A stretch of 62,178 nt of DNA, filler included, from Bipalium vagum (GCA_037834085.1; 3 parts of 3 records of this genome joined end to end with filler, not necessarily neighbours in it), one strand, 5' to 3'. Shown: positions 46,111 to 60,480, counted from the first letter of the whole stretch. Numbers and translations are program-made. Notes: a model not told the origin generated them from the sequence alone.

Positions 46111-49100
46111 AGACCATTCAAAATTAATCATCTTTCTACCTTCAAGTTTTATTTCAATAAATTTCTCACTTAATAAAACACAATTCATAATTCCTTTAAA
46201 ATCATTATCTTTTTCAATAAGCAAAGTAATTGTTGCTCCATTGATACATAAATTTTCTGCTTGATTCGTTAAATCAAAAAAATATGGAATATAAATTTTG
46301 AAATGTTAATAAACTTTATTGTGGATCGTTATTAAAACATCTACAAGCATTTACATAATTAAAATAAATTTCACTTTTGTAAACTTTTTCAAAATTTATC
46401 TGTTTTATAGGATATAATGAATCAACATGTTGAACTTGTAACGATTTTATTTTATTTTGAATAAACAAACTATTACTTTTTTTATAATCAAAACCTGTTT
46501 TTCTTAAAGCAACAAATAAATAAATTGGAATATTAGGTATATTATATATTTGTAAGGTTTGAGTTGTACCTTCTGTTAAATTTAATTCTATACAGTTTCT
46601 ATTCAAAAAATTAATAATAATATTTTTACTGTCATTCTAAAGACCAGATTTAATTTTGCGTTATTATTTAATTTTAATGAAGGAATAAATAATAAATTTT
46701 TTTTAAAATTTAATTTTAACTCTCCTTTGGTTCCATAAAATATTTCTTTATCATTACCTTTTTTCTTAACAATATTATTTCACCTTAAATATTATAAATA
46801 GCTTTCTAAAAAATTGTATAAAACCAAACATTAATTTTAATAAAAATCTACCTTGAAATTTAATTAAATATAATATTTTTCTTTTTTTAAGTCCTTTATT
46901 ATTTTTTGTTTCATCTTCTTTAATTTTATCAGAAATCCATAAAAATAATTCTTCGTCATTATTTTTATCAATCATTATAAAATTAGTTATAGAATTTGAA
47001 GGACCTAATTTTTGAATAGTTTCAACTTCTGTTGATCCTTATTTTAAAGTTTCATTTGAAAATAAATAAGAAAAAAAGTTATTTTGTAAAGTAATATTAT
47101 CTTCTGATTTTATTTCTTTTATTTCAATTTCATAAATAAGATATGCTTCATATAAATTTAAATGATTTGTGTTTTGTTATTGTTAATGTTAAATTTTTAT
47201 GATCATTTAAATTTAGAATTGTTTCTGGATCTAAACTTACTTCATAATAATCTGTTTTCTCATATACTGTTTTTCGATGATAGTAATTTTTATCGTAATT
47301 CAATACTTATTCCATTTTTAAGAAAACAATAAAATTTTTAGAAAATATATTTGCTTTTAAAAGCTGAAGGTTCTATTTTTAAGTCTCTAAATTTATCAAA
47401 AAATAATTATATTTTTGATTCATGTGAAAATTAAATAATCAATCAAATTCTTCTTTATCAAAAAAATATGATAATATTTTCCAATAAATTTGAGATTTAT
47501 CATTTTGAGAAATTTCAAATAAAATTAAGTCATTTGTATTATTGATCTTAATGTTAAATCAAAGAATGATTGAAATAAATATATTACTGAACACTTTTTA
47601 TGTCTTCCTCTATAAAATACATTTCCATAATATGTTGTTTTTTTCATTTATTACATCATCAAAAATAATTAAATGTTTTTAGTTTTATCCAATTTATCTG
47701 GAGGTTGAATTTGATTTGCTTTATCTGATAATGTTACTCTAATTTCTCGGATTTTATAAGTGTAATTTTTTCATCAAATTTATATTTTTTTCATTTTTAA
47801 ACATTTGACAAACTTCTCTTTAGATAATCCATAATCAAAACAATCTTTAATATATTTTGATGCTGGTTGAAGAAAGGAAAAAATAATCAAATTGTTATAA
47901 TCCAAATAATCTTTCTTTAATAACAAATTATGTAAAAACATTGTTTTACCAGATCCAGAAGGACGAATAAATAACATTCTAAATATTTCTGGTAAATTAG
48001 AATTATTTATAATTTTTATAGAATTATTATTTAAGAAATCATCACAATTTTTTGAAAAAAAAGAAAATAAAAATGTATACCTGCTTTAAATGAACTCTAA
48101 AAGTAATATATTCTCCATTAAAATTTATAAACTCATCATTATCATCTACAAATCTAATTTTTTTTTCATTAATTCTCCTTACAATTACGGGATAATAAAT
48201 CGGAAAAATTGGTCTTTCTAAAATTTTATATTCTTTTCTTTGCTGGGAAATCAAAAATGATATTGGCTTTTTTACCATTAAAAATGATCCATTTATAACA
48301 TTACAATCTATCATATTATTATTGAAATTTGAAATATTAATTTTGAATGAATTAATATTCAGTATACATCTTAATTTCAAATTCTAAAAAATTAACTAGT
48401 GAATTATTTTGAGGAATATGAACTTCACATCCTTTTGCTATTTTTATCATACAATTTCCTGAAACAGAATTACGTTTAATTTTTATGTAATATTCTTTAT
48501 CAATGGTTTTACTATTTGGACCTACAGTCACTCCCAAAGATTTTAAAGTTTTATCATATTTTAATTCATTTTCTATAACTTTTGATATTTCTTCAATTTC
48601 ATTGTAATATTTTTACTAATTGTTTCAGTAATAAATAAATTTAATGCAGTAAAAATTGAATTACTAATAGGAATATAAATAACTAATCCCATTCCAAAAC
48701 TAGAAACCCCTGTCATTATTGCAGATACAACTCCAACAATTCTAGTTACAACATTTGTTCATAATTTTAAATGAGAATCTTTTTTTTAATATTTACATTT
48801 TAATATCTTATAATGTGTTAATAAGTCTTTTAAAACATTTTTTTCATTCATAAAATTTTCAATTCTTAATTTTTCTAATTGATCAATAATTGGATTTAAA
48901 AATCTATCTGATTCAAATTTTTCATATTCATAAAATTTATTTTCTAAATTTGGATAAATTTTATCAAAAGGTGCAATAGCCTCAATTTCCATTTTTTTTA
49001 ATTTAAAATAAAAAATAAAATTTAACATTATATAAAATTAAGATGAAGTCTCAGAACGCTACACTGTAGTGTATATTTGGATAAAACTTTTTCATAAAAA

Positions 49101-49560
49101 TTTCAATCTCTTCCATTTCACTTTTAAATAAAGTTCTTTTAAAAATTAGGATTTCATAAACTTTTATATTTTTTGAATTAAATTGAAATTCATACTTACC
49201 ATTTGTAGGAAAATTTGTTGAATATTTTTTTTCTGAGTTATAGAAAAAATGTAAATGTGTTGGAAAAGTAAGTGATTTAGTACATTTTAAAAATATTAAA
49301 TAGGTTCCTAATTTAGATTCTGTTACTTCTGTTCTTCCTATTGATTTTCCAATAACAAAAAATTAATTCCTATTATTATTATACCAACCAAAAACATAAT
49401 ATTTATTTTCTGTTCCAAAATTTATAATATCATCTTTTTTATTATTACTTTTTTCTGCAACTAATATTATTGTAAAAGGTTCAATTAAAGAATTAGAAAT
49501 ATTTCCAAAATAATATCCATCATTATTTGCAACGATATTTAGACCAGAAACATTTATACT
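46100..49560 (-). mobile_element. Degenerate Polinton/Maverick virion-morphogenesis module: major capsid (~46100-47315), packaging ATPase (~47335-48040), minor capsid (~48075-48600), hydrophobic ORF (~48600-48990)
   Basis: ATPase FRMLFIRPSGSGKT, LIIFDDV, RGRH...VIYLFQSFF; minor capsid CNVINGSF...ERPIFPIYYPV...RFVDDNDEFINFNGEYITFRVHLKQ; major capsid ITLQNNFFSYLFS...LMFGF...PIYLFVAL...YP. Confidence 0.75.
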
Positions 49561-49564
49561 TTTT

Positions 49565-50297
49565 GATATTGGTCATACAAGGCAGGTATCTGGGTACCCC
49601 ATGAATTGACCAAAAAAGCTGTTAGACTATCTGTTTGTCAATCACTCATTCTGAAGAACAACAGTGATTCGTTCCTTCAACGTATTGTCATGGCGGACGA
49701 AAAGTGGATTCAGTACCAAAAGACAAAATTAATGGTTATTGTCAGGTGAAACTCCAATTCCAACACCAAAACCAGTTCTTCATCTTACAAAACCTATGCT
49801 ATGCATTAGGTGGGATTGTTGTGGGGTAATCTATTGGGAATTGCTCGAATCAAACCAGAAAATTGATGAATATGAAAACTTGATTAAAATTAGTCCAGCT
49901 TTAGTCAACAGAAAAAGTATCATCTTTCATCAGGACAATGCCAGGCCACACACCTCGAAGATCACATCTAAAAAATTTAAAGACTTCGGATGGGAGGTTA
50001 TGGCTCACTCACCATATAGCTCCAACAGATTCTCACCTCTTCAGATCTATGCAGCACTTCTTGTCTGGAAAAAGATTTAAAAATGAAGATCAGATCAAAA
50101 AGGAGATCCAATCATTTATTGACTTTAAATCTTCCTCGTTCTTTGAAAAAGGGATGAAATGCTTGGTTGACAAGTGGCAGGCTATGGTAAAAAAATAATG
50201 GCGATTATGTGATCGACTTATAATAAGTTTAAATGTAAAAATTTGTAAAATAAAATTTTTTTGATATAAACGAGGTTACTTTCTGACTTACCTACTA
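49565..50297 (+). mobile_element. Mariner 3' portion
   Basis: WVPHEL, IVMADEKWI, MLCIRWDCCGVIYWELL, FHQDNARPHTS, APTDSHLF, LVDKWQ; terminal repeat near 50275-50297. Confidence 0.88.
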
Positions 50298-50983
50298 TTA
50301 ACACTTTTTCGAGAGAGTTGGTGAGCCCAATTATAAGCATCCTTATAACAGTTTCACTTCCGACCTAGACCGTTACACTATTAATAATATTAACATGTAT
50401 GGGTTTGCAATCAATAAGAGGCAACATTATATAATGATTTAATAAGTAATATGGATAACCTTCATATCTAAACAAACTTTTATCAAACCAAATTTAAAAA
50501 TTTTGGTGAACATTACTATATTTGCAAATAAACTAATAAAAGTTTTCTTCAATGCATTTTTGTAGTAGGACTGTCCATAGTGGCTCTTTAAAGGATGATG
50601 CCGTCTGGTGTCAATAGTTCCACAATGAATGCCAGCCTGAGTTCTGTTCAATGCATATTTCTTCGGCATAATGAAAGTAGAATGGATAGTTGGATGGGAC
50701 GTGAAGAAAGCGTTAGAAACAATCAGGATATTGTAAAGTATGCCACCCAACATTTTAAGCTTTTGCTCCTGGTTATCCCGTGTCGCAGTAAGTGTCGAAA
50801 ACAAAAACTAAGAAAAAATGAATGTTCTATGATTTTTATTCTCCTATCACATATAATAAAAATAAACTCAGATAATAAAACAAATAAAAGTAAATAGTTA
50901 GGCATTTCAATAAGCAAGATAAAGGTTTAAGTAACATAGAACCTAATTAAAGTATTTAAAATGAGGAAAAGAACAGTAAACGT

Positions 50984-51814
50984 CTAAGAGTAGACAGTGA
51001 TGGTGTTATCGTACGTCCCAACTATCTCCATTAATTTTGCAACCTTTGCATTTTTAATCCACAGTCCTCCTTGACCACCGACATTGACATAGAAAATCTG
51101 AGGGAAAATGTAAGCGGTTTTGTTCGGCCAGGAATTGGAATAATCGCACCTATCTCTAAAATACCCTATAAAAAATATTCCAACATCCGTGGTGCACCGA
51201 TGGTTCACAATATTTATATAAAATGATCTCGAGTTCTTTTTTTGTTGCACATCAAATATTTTTCTACCGATTATGCTAAAATAATAAAACTTTTGTTTTT
51301 GTAAATAGGTAACGTTCCAGGGAAATGAATTATTTAAATTATCAATGATGAACCACGACTCTAACGTGTCTGACGTCTTGACATTAAAGACCATACTTAC
51401 CACAACCTTATCACTGTAATCTCTCACAGTCAAACTCATGGACTTTGGTCTAATGTTATCCCATTCATCCAAAAGTATACTTCGAAAGTTTTCAAAGTTT
51501 CTATTCATGGCTAAGATCGTGCTCGATGTGCCTCCTGTACCATTCTTATAAAATAAATACGGATGGATACCGCTTCCAGATAAAATTCTAAATAAAACAA
51601 AACTACCGGACTTTGCTTTGTATGGTTTCTTTACAACCACCTCGTGAATTCGAGATGATATAGATCGGGGTAAATAGCAGGAACCATTTATCATAACGAA
51701 ATATTTTCTATAGTTACTAAAACAATCGGAACCACAGCGCAGTTTAGCAAAGCTGTCAGCATGAATGAATAAAACGAAAAAACTAAATATAAATAGACGA
51801 CAAGTTCCAAGCAT
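50984..51814 (-). CDS. Intronless secreted protein of unknown function (276 aa), paralogue of 7291-8097
   Basis: Signal-peptide-like N-terminus, collinear similarity with the first copy over its full length, tatata element upstream. Confidence 0.8.
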   Translation of the reverse strand: MLGTCRLFIFSFFVLFIHADSFAKLRCGSDCFSNYRKYFVMINGSCYLPRSISSRIHEVVVKKPYKAKSGSFVLFRILSGSGIHPYLFYKNGTGGTSSTILAMNRNFENFRSILLDEWDNIRPKSMSLTVRDYSDKVVVSMVFNVKTSDTLESWFIIDNLNNSFPWNVTYLQKQKFYYFSIIGRKIFDVQQKKNSRSFYINIVNHRCTTDVGIFFIGYFRDRCDYSNSWPNKTAYIFPQIFYVNVGGQGGLWIKNAKVAKLMEIVGTYDNTITVYS

Positions 51815-51992
51815 AATAGAATTTTGAGTTATGTTAAAATATTAATGGAATAATGAAATCAGTGACTGCTACTGTATATATATATTCGATGATGATTGGT
51901 TAACTCTGTTTTGGAACATTCCAGCTTTTGTGAATTATAAAAAATTCATTTTAATATCACCTATTATCTTATTTGTCACCCGAGAGATACCT

Positions 51993-51993
51993 G

Positions 51994-52068
<75 letters not shown>
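51993..52068. repeat. Compound (CTA)n(TAA)n microsatellite
   Basis: Direct reading. Confidence 0.95.
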
Positions 52069-52069
<1 letters not shown>

Positions 52070-53959
52070 CTTGAAGAATGAGATTAAAATGGAAAATGAT
52101 GTCATATCGGTTCCTAAATATTCTTCAGTGAAAAATTGTTTGACAATTTTTTTGGATTCTTACAGACAAATATTATCATTGATTTTTTATTTGGGAAAGA
52201 CGTTTACGATCAAAGTTGGTGCATTTTCCATCAAATCTCGAATGATAAATTCAAAATTTAACATTCACCTGACATATGGGTACCAAAGTTGTCTGTCTTA
52301 GGAAAGAAATATTACAAATATAAATAAAATAATGACTGAATACAATATTGTAGAAGGAGCGTATTATAATGGAGAAAAAAATAATTTGATTTGGTTTGAT
52401 ATTCCAAGTAATACAGTTGAAAAGCGATAGAGAATAATCGAAGACAGAAAACTGTAATTGATTATCCTATAATTATAAAAACAGTAAATAAAGAAAATTC
52501 AAAATATGAGATGAGAAGAATAAATTGGTTGACTTTAACAATGAAGAAATCAATTTAACAATCCACCTGAAACAAGATTAAAATATTAAAATATGTTAAC
52601 AAAATAAAATAAATTTTTAGACGATAATACGAAGAAAAAATTAATCACCACACAAGGTTACCTTCATGTTTTAGAATGTTGATAATTGGACCATCCTGTT
52701 CTGGAGAAACAGTATTATTATTATCGAAAATATAATTAAGCTGAGAGTGTTAAAACTAAGAAAATACAGTCCAAATATCATCCCAATGTTTGGTGTACAT
52801 GCACTACAAGAAAGGTTTCGTTGAAGGTTAATTTGAGATATTAAAAGCCGGAGATTCTTTAATCGATTTTCTAGCTCAGATTTTTAAAGTTTCATTTTAA
52901 CGCAATATCTTTTTTTAATCGTTATCGTTGCTGAATGGTCAACCTTTTATAAAATAATTATTAAAAGGTGATAATATAAAATAATTAATAATACATAATA
53001 TTATCAAGTTAATAATAATAGATAATAAAATTTAATAAATAATTGAAAATAAAAAGAGAATTATTCTATAAATATAATCTATCTGTATTAATGTTTTAAT
53101 ATTATTTCCCATTAGTTGCAGAGATATTACTGAAATTAAAGAGAAAGCAAGATGCACATTCTCCTCCATTGTTTTGGTCGTCACCAAATGGCTCTCGCAA
53201 CACTGATTGAGGATATATGATGAACAGTACATCAATTATCATTTCTATTGTTATCATTTCCCTGGTTAGAATCTTTAAAAGAAATTATAACAAGCAGAAC
53301 ACGAAGAAATAACATTTAAAGAGATATAAATAATTTTTTAATGATTTAATATGTTATTTTTATTTATTATTAAAATAATATATTAATGTGAAATATTATT
53401 AAAGCAGTGAGCTTTGTAAAGTGTAAGTAGTATCACTGAAACATTACCTGAAATTTTATTTTTAATCAATATCAAAGTGCCTACAGAGGGTTTAACTGTA
53501 AGCAATTCTGGTCTGCCAGAATCGAATTTTTGGACTATAACTACCAGGTTCCTTATGCCGCGGAAATGTGTATTAAGCAGCACTGAGCATTCATAATGGA
53601 ACTATTTGACAATATGAGGAATCATTTTCCTTTAAAGCAAAAAAGCATGAGCCTACCTTTATGGACAGTCCTACTGCAAAAATGCATTGAAGAAAACTTT
53701 ATTACTTTATTTTTCACGCCTAACCCTAAAGAGAGAAATGCTCACCAATATTTCAAATGACTGACGCAATTACACACAATGTGTCCTTTCTGACGATAAT
53801 TATCGGTATATCCAGACTTTGGAACACGAATCTTTATGTCTTTTGGAAATATTCTATCTTACACTAATTTTCTTTTTATTTATTATTTTTTATTTTTTTT
53901 TAATATATGTGAACGATTCAATTATGTTCTTTATTTAAATTATTTGATTTTTTTTATTT

Positions 53960-54545
53960 TTTTAAAATTTAAATATGAACCGTTTAGTTTAGATCGCCTA
54001 AATAGTCAGAAACCACGCTTTCTAAAGGCTTAGCATTATGAAAATTGATTGCGTCATACTACATAAACACGGAACCATATTGTTCATTGTTTGAGGTACA
54101 TCTAAAATAATTTTCAATAAAATATACTTAAAATAAACTTAAAACCAAACAAAAAATGTTTTTTCAAGAATTGGACCACAAGTTTGAATGTGGAACTCTA
54201 AAAGAAAAAACGGAATATTTTATTGGTCGTGAATAATTGCCTTGTCCATCCTGATTTAGGCAGCCTAAAATATGTAAAGTTTGAATTTATTCCACCCAAC
54301 ACTACAGCAACCATTGGGCATGGGAATAAAGAATGTTTTAAAATCAATATATCGATCAAAAATAATAAATTATATACTCGAATTAATTGAAGATAAATCA
54401 ATCACTAATTGCAAAAATGCAAAAGATATTATTTCAGAAAATAGCAACTTAAAAGTGATACTATTTATCGCTGACTGTTGGTAAACTGTTAAAGTGAGCA
54501 CCATACAAAGTAGCTTTGCAACTCGGGGTTTTAAAATGCGAAAAA
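53960..54545 (+). mobile_element. pogo/Tigger DDE relic
   Basis: SQKPRFLK, ILLVVNNCLVHPDL..LKYVKFEFIPPNTT, QPLGMGI. Confidence 0.7.
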
Positions 54546-55669
54546 TTACAGTTTTATGAAAATAGAAGTTTATTTATATGTTGATAATCATTAGGAATTT
54601 TTGACAATCGATAATTTAACATGTCATGTTAAACAAACATTAGTCCACCCTTTTCCAAGTACCAGACAAAATCTTTAATATTTCTACGAGTAGTATGTTT
54701 TTTATTTTACGTTGTTGTCCAACTTCACATTTTGAACTATTCCTTAGTTAAGTTTCCAGCTATGTGACCCATGGTTTCAATACGATATATAATTTTAATG
54801 TATCAATGTTAATATGAACGTATTAATTAAAGTACACTTATAAGTACAATTATTTGACAATTTCGAAAATTTGATTAATAAAAAATTCATTTAAACAAAA
54901 CGCGCAACCTTCAAACATGTGACATTTTAAGCGAATTTCAACCAAATCAAAATACCTATTTTGCTAAACTTTTAACGAGTTACACATTGAGATTTATTAA
55001 TAAAACATTTCCATTTGATGATTTTCTTCGAATTTCATCGCTGCAAAGACGTTTGTTACCTAAAGAAAAAACCATCAACGAATTGCAAAAGAATATTTAT
55101 GGCAAAATAGTTCAACGACCTCAGATGGTGATGCATGTGAGACAAATCATTACGATTAAAAGGTTGAAGGTTATCATCATGTACCAAGATCAGAAGTGGT
55201 TTGGGAAAATAGGAAATCATTTACCTTTTATTCAGAATCGTTTCGCATTCTGTCCCAAGAACCCAGCCTTCGTAAAGAGCAGCAATATCTGATATTATTC
55301 AAATTTATCTAAAAAAAGTATAGAAAAGGATATGTATATTATACGGTTTGCTTCTTGGTCATAGTCGTCTGAAACTACAGGAACGTATGGAATGTATAAT
55401 ACAAATCACGGAGAAATCGTTTTCCGACAATTGACACTTGCAGATTAAAAAACCTGCAGATCAAGTCTCAACTTCGACGAGCAACGTTAACATGAACATG
55501 CCCATAAAAGTAATTGTCGAGAGAAAAGAACAAAAAATCAACTGACTTCATAAAAATGTGGTAAGATCTAACACGTTATGTTTTCTTAAAACAGTTTATT
55601 TAAACAAATTATTTATTTTTAAAAATTTTATTAATATTTTTAAAAATTTTAAATTGAGAATAATAATAT

Positions 55670-56515
55670 TAAAGTCCCGATCTCAATGATCTTTCGATGG
55701 ATGATGCCAGTAGTAGTTTTTTTAAAATCGATCGACCACCCATAAAAAATCTTAATAATCTTAACAGTCCATTAATCCAGACTTTATCTTGACAGCGAGA
55801 TAATATCTTGATAAATTATTAATAATAATACTTAATTAATATTAATATTTGTAATATTCACGACCTTTAGGGTTTATGACCTTAGGCAAGCCCAACATAT
55901 AGACTTTAAACTCCAATCCTTAATAAACTCTTCCTCAAATGGATTAAAATACCAATCGTAACCAAAAAGCCCTTTTCTACCATAATAGATGCTCAGAGCA
56001 CACTTCTTATTTAATAAGCCTTCTTGAACCAAAAAACCTCACAATCTTGAACGTTACATTTGATAACATTTCACAAGAACTCATTTGGATTATGATCTGA
56101 AAAATAGGATGTTATTCAGAAACAATCAATCTCCTAAAACTACTCTATAGTGACGTTAAAACCATATGCCAAAGCCATCATACTTTTTCTCCTGAAATAG
56201 ATATCGTATGTGAGGTTTGACCAGGATGACAAATTTTCATGACTCTTTTCTATTTTACATTAGAACCGCTGCTTAGAAAGTCCTCAGATCATCAACAACA
56301 CATAATTCACAAGTCTTGCCTACGCGGATGATATATTTGTCTTTCGGGATGATTCTAAACAAATTAAATAAGTATGAAGTCAAATAAGGTTATTAGTAAC
56401 GCTGAATTAAACAATAAGCAACTTTCTAATTAAGGCAAGAGCAAATAATTTACCCATATATTATAAACCAAGTAGAGTTAAAGCTAAGCTTCCCCTAATG
56501 TGTAGGAAAAAGAAA
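55670..56515 (+). mobile_element. Heavily decayed RT/RLE retrotransposon related to the central array
   Basis: NQKALF..NRCSEH, ELIWIM...INLLKLLYSD.KT..QSHH, LAYADDI, FLIKARANNLPIYYKP...LMCR (compare FLLKARSNNLGLNYRP). Confidence 0.7.
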
Positions 56516-56569
56516 AACACACTTATTAGAGATGAAATTGCCATATCACATGGAAATTAACTTTAGGAG

Positions 56570-58135
56570 CGTTAGAAAAACACTTATATTAAATATAAAT
56601 CTGTTTTGGCATATCCTTTGACTGGTCGAGGGTTTAAAAACAGATTAATAAGCAAAGGCTCAAATTAATAAATCTCCAGAAAATTAGAACATAAGAGTAT
56701 AGATATTCTTTCTTTCGCCACCTTGAATCACTTTGCATGTTTTCCATTTTTTGATATGCAAATTCAATGTGGCATCTTTTTCCAACATAATCCAGTTTCA
56801 ACTGCACTGAATACCTGTTCTGATGTGTAGCCCTTATTTTGTATAATTTCAACAAAATCTAATGCAATTTCTCCAAATATTTTTATATTTTGTAATGAGA
56901 ATCCTTTTTTTATAAAACTTTCAAATCATCCTCTGCAAGCAGCGAAATCGCAAGGTTTCTTCTCATGATTGTTCAAATCTCTTTAAATGTTCAGTGTTCT
57001 ATTTTGAATAATGTTTTGGATCACGTATATTTTGACCGACTCGGTCAAAAAAGATACTGGAAAATCAAACACAAATAATATTCGATTTACAAATTTATTA
57101 AATAAAAAGTGATTGACAATTTCTCGATTGAATAATTTGTCATCCCTAAATCGATTTAATTTTTTGGTTGTGAGCATCTCTAAACAATTGGGAATAGGAT
57201 CTCCTTTTCGTGTAGATGCGCCACGAATCACTATCAGTGTGTCTTTTTTATGTTCATTCTTTGAATTTTTTGCCATGATCACCGCTTTTATTTAAAAACA
57301 TTAATAAGGTAACATAGATATTATAAATTACCTGATAATAATAATACAGTTTTCTCTTAAAAACAGAATTGCATCTGGTTGACACCCATCACTATTCTAT
57401 TATCTTAAATTTAACATCCATTTTTTTATTGTCACATGAAGAAGTTCAGTATTTACATAAAATCGGCCAAAAACTATACTTGGTCTATTCGATCGGTCAA
57501 CAAAGATATTTGTTAGTCTTTTCGGTAAAAAACACGATCCAATGTTTCTACCTATAAGTATATTTTTGGCGTTGCAATCGTCTATTCAAATCATTAGAGC
57601 CATTTCCATTTTTTAAAATTATTACTGTGTGAGCATTATTTTTCTTACTGATGAAAAATTCTGTCCAACTAATGGATCCAATTTTATTTTTATGAACTGT
57701 TCTAACTGTTGCCTCATTCAACATTAATTTTTTGCAATAGACGATAGTCTCTCGCCTTTTTTGAGAACATCTAGAATAATAATCTTTTCTGCAATTGAAA
57801 TAAATTTTCTCTTCTTTTTAATTATATCCTTAATATTCGACATTCAATATTCTTTATCTACAGTAATATTCAATGAAAATCCTGAATTTTAAAAAGTAAC
57901 TCAAATTCAAAACATTTCAATGATAACAAAACTTACTGCAATGTACTAATCACAATTTCTTAATATTTAACAGTTTAAAAATTGCTAAATTTTAAATTCC
58001 TTAATTGATCAGTTTAAACAAAAATATATTCTTATATAAATTTGAAATGGAAAATAAAAATTACAAATTTTTGTAAAATCCGTGTTATTTAAAGCGCGCT
58101 GTCAAAAACCGTGTTATACGAGCCCAAAATGTACC
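56570..58135 (-). mobile_element. pogo/Tigger transposon, degenerate
   Basis: N-terminal KKRKFISIAEKIIILDVLKKGERLSSIAKKLMLNEATVRTV (psq-type HTH) near 57700-57845; broken downstream DDE pieces; subterminal ccgtgttat repeats at 58080-58120. Confidence 0.75.
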
Positions 58136-58196
58136 ATATTCCCATGGCAATACTTAATTATTAATGTATCAACATTTTTTAAATAATACTCTTAAA

Positions 58197-59020
58197 TATC
58201 AGGTAACGAACTAAGTTTTTTTGTGTTTTCAGTTGTTTAAATTTGTTGCCCCCTGGGATTTTCATATATCTAACCATTTATATTTTTTATTTTGCTGCTT
58301 AAACACGTGAGTTTTAAATTTACTGTATAATTAATGTTATTAACCATTATTCCGTGGAATAGGTGCTCCAAAAGTTCGCTGGACAAATCAAAATTCGAGA
58401 AATTATTTATTACGAATGGATAAATAACACAAGCACAAATGAAACTGTCTTAAAACGAAACGAGGTTCTTAGTAAAGGAACAATGCAACTGCGAACAGTA
58501 CAAAATTTTTTCAAAAAATTCAATAGTGACGATTTTTAATTGGAAGACAAAGAGAGGTCTAGAAGGCCAAAAGAGTAGAAGGAATATCAATTTATGGACC
58601 TTCTTGAACAAAACAGATTAATTAGTGATAAACAAATACCGCTTGCGTTAAATATAAGCGATACAGCCATAAGAAACCGACTGAAAGTGTGAGGATTCAC
58701 TTGTAGACTCGACAAATGGGTTCCCCACCATCTAACTGAAGATAAAAGTTGGATCGCATTGAAATTTGTTCAGGACTTCTCGAAAGAAACCGAAATGATC
58801 CTTTTCTCGACCGGATAGTCACTTGCAAAGAAAAGTGGATCTATCATGACAGCATAACCAGGCAAAAATCGTGGTCGTTAAAAGAAGAGCCTGTGCAAAA
58901 AATTGAAAAACGCGATCTTACACGAAAAAAGATTCTTTTAAGCATTGAATGGGATTCCCGTGGAATTATTTATCAGGAGTTTCTGAAATCCGAGGAAATT
59001 TGATCAAAGTTTCGCGGTAC
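58197..59020 (+). mobile_element. Mariner 5' two-thirds, degenerate
   Basis: TA-flanked terminus at ~58197; RTVQNFFKKF, ERSRRP, KWVPHHL, FLDRIVTCKEKWI, KILLSIEWDSRGII. Confidence 0.85.
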
Positions 59021-59739
59021 ACTGAATTAAAAATTAATTTTAAAAATTATTAAACCTACATTCAAATCTTTCTCGATATCACTTGTTTTGTCCCTATAAC
59101 AAAGGAAAACACACAGAAATCACAATAAGGTTTATTCAGTAACTCAAGCTTTACAAATCAATAACAACGACAACAATCCAATCGATGACAATCACGCAAG
59201 ATTAAAACAAATATTAGGATCTCAATTAAGTCTGTTCATATAAAATAGAAGCTCTATGACAAATAGTTAATCAAAAAATAAAGTCAATGAACGAGTTCGT
59301 ATTTATTCTCGATGTCCATTAATAATAATATATCAATCAGTATGGGATACTATGAAATGTAAATAATCGATTGTAAACGGCTAAAATCAAATCAATAATA
59401 ATGAACAAATACGTAAATATTTAACGATATAAAAAAAATAATAATTAATGTGTTAAGAAATAACTTAGGATAGATTTTAGAAGAAGAACCAATGACAGAA
59501 GCCAAACTGAACATCATTTGTGAACAAAATTTTTGACAATGAAGAAAATTTATTAAAAAAACCCGAGGAAGGATTAAACTGTTATATATAATATAAATAT
59601 AAAATATATAATAAAATTCAAATATTATACATTTTAATCAACTTGCGATAGTATCATGCTTAATTAAAATATTTCATCAAATTCTCGTTGGTTAAAATTA
59701 TATTTTTAATAAATCAGAAAACTGACAATCCACTGGGTT

Positions 59740-60060
59740 TTACTTTACCCTGATTGGATGTTAATGTCTGGTCATTAAATCTTTAACCATAAATGATTCT
59801 CTCATAAATGTCATCGAAATTATTCATAATTACTCGGAATTCTTCTGCGCAAACTTGACCTATTCGTACAGCGCAATTCAATGAATGAGCTAAAACTTTA
59901 CTATTTATACTTAATTGCAAATGTTCGCTAATACGTGTTCTGAGATGATGCTGTGTCTCTACCATGTGTAGGCTATCACAACCATGAAATTTAAGTTGGT
60001 AAACGATATTTCCTTGCAATGTTGCAGGAATTAGTGTTTTAATTTTGAAATAATTTAAGC
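59740..60060 (-). mobile_element. Penelope-like GIY-YIG endonuclease relic
   Basis: NIVYQLKFHGCDSLHMVETQHHLRTRISEHL matches the NVVY.I.C..C...YIGET...L..RI.EH pattern. Confidence 0.7.
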
Positions 60061-60164
60061 TTTCGCTGTGATTGAAATTACCTTTAAATGGTTATGTGAA
60101 GACTAATCAGACCTGGGGAATTTTTTAATTATTTTAATTACTTATTTTAGAATATTTAAAAACT

Positions 60165-60480
60165 ATGGACGAAATTTTAAAAACTTTTAAAAAATAGTCG
60201 TACATATAAGCAGAGACTGTCCAGAGAAGAAAAGTAGTGAGTTTTGGATGTGGAAAAACAGGACACATACGTCGGAATTGTACAGTTTACAAATTTCAAA
60301 GATGTGGAAGAAATGGTCACCAAGCTTCAGAGTTCTACACATATTTAAATGGAGGTTAGAGAAGAAACAGGTATTTTTACGAAAGTAATCAGGAGATGAG
60401 TGGAAATAAAAGAATTAATTCGGTTAGTGAAAATATTTATGTGATATCGGAAGGAGATTGCATCAGTTCGTTTGTGCTTG
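60165..60480 (+). mobile_element. Gag-like CCHC zinc-knuckle relic
   Basis: FGCGKTGHIRRNC and QRCGRNGHQASE. Confidence 0.55.

Noticed and set aside
50300-50917. Coding-like segments near 50439-50804 (also 18757-19060, 53100-53300, 54950-55500)
   Set aside because: No recognisable motif or consistent exon structure; cannot be supported.
51930-52301. ORF with poly-Leu/poly-Ile membrane-like stretch
   Set aside because: Translation of the (CTA)n(TAA)n microsatellite.
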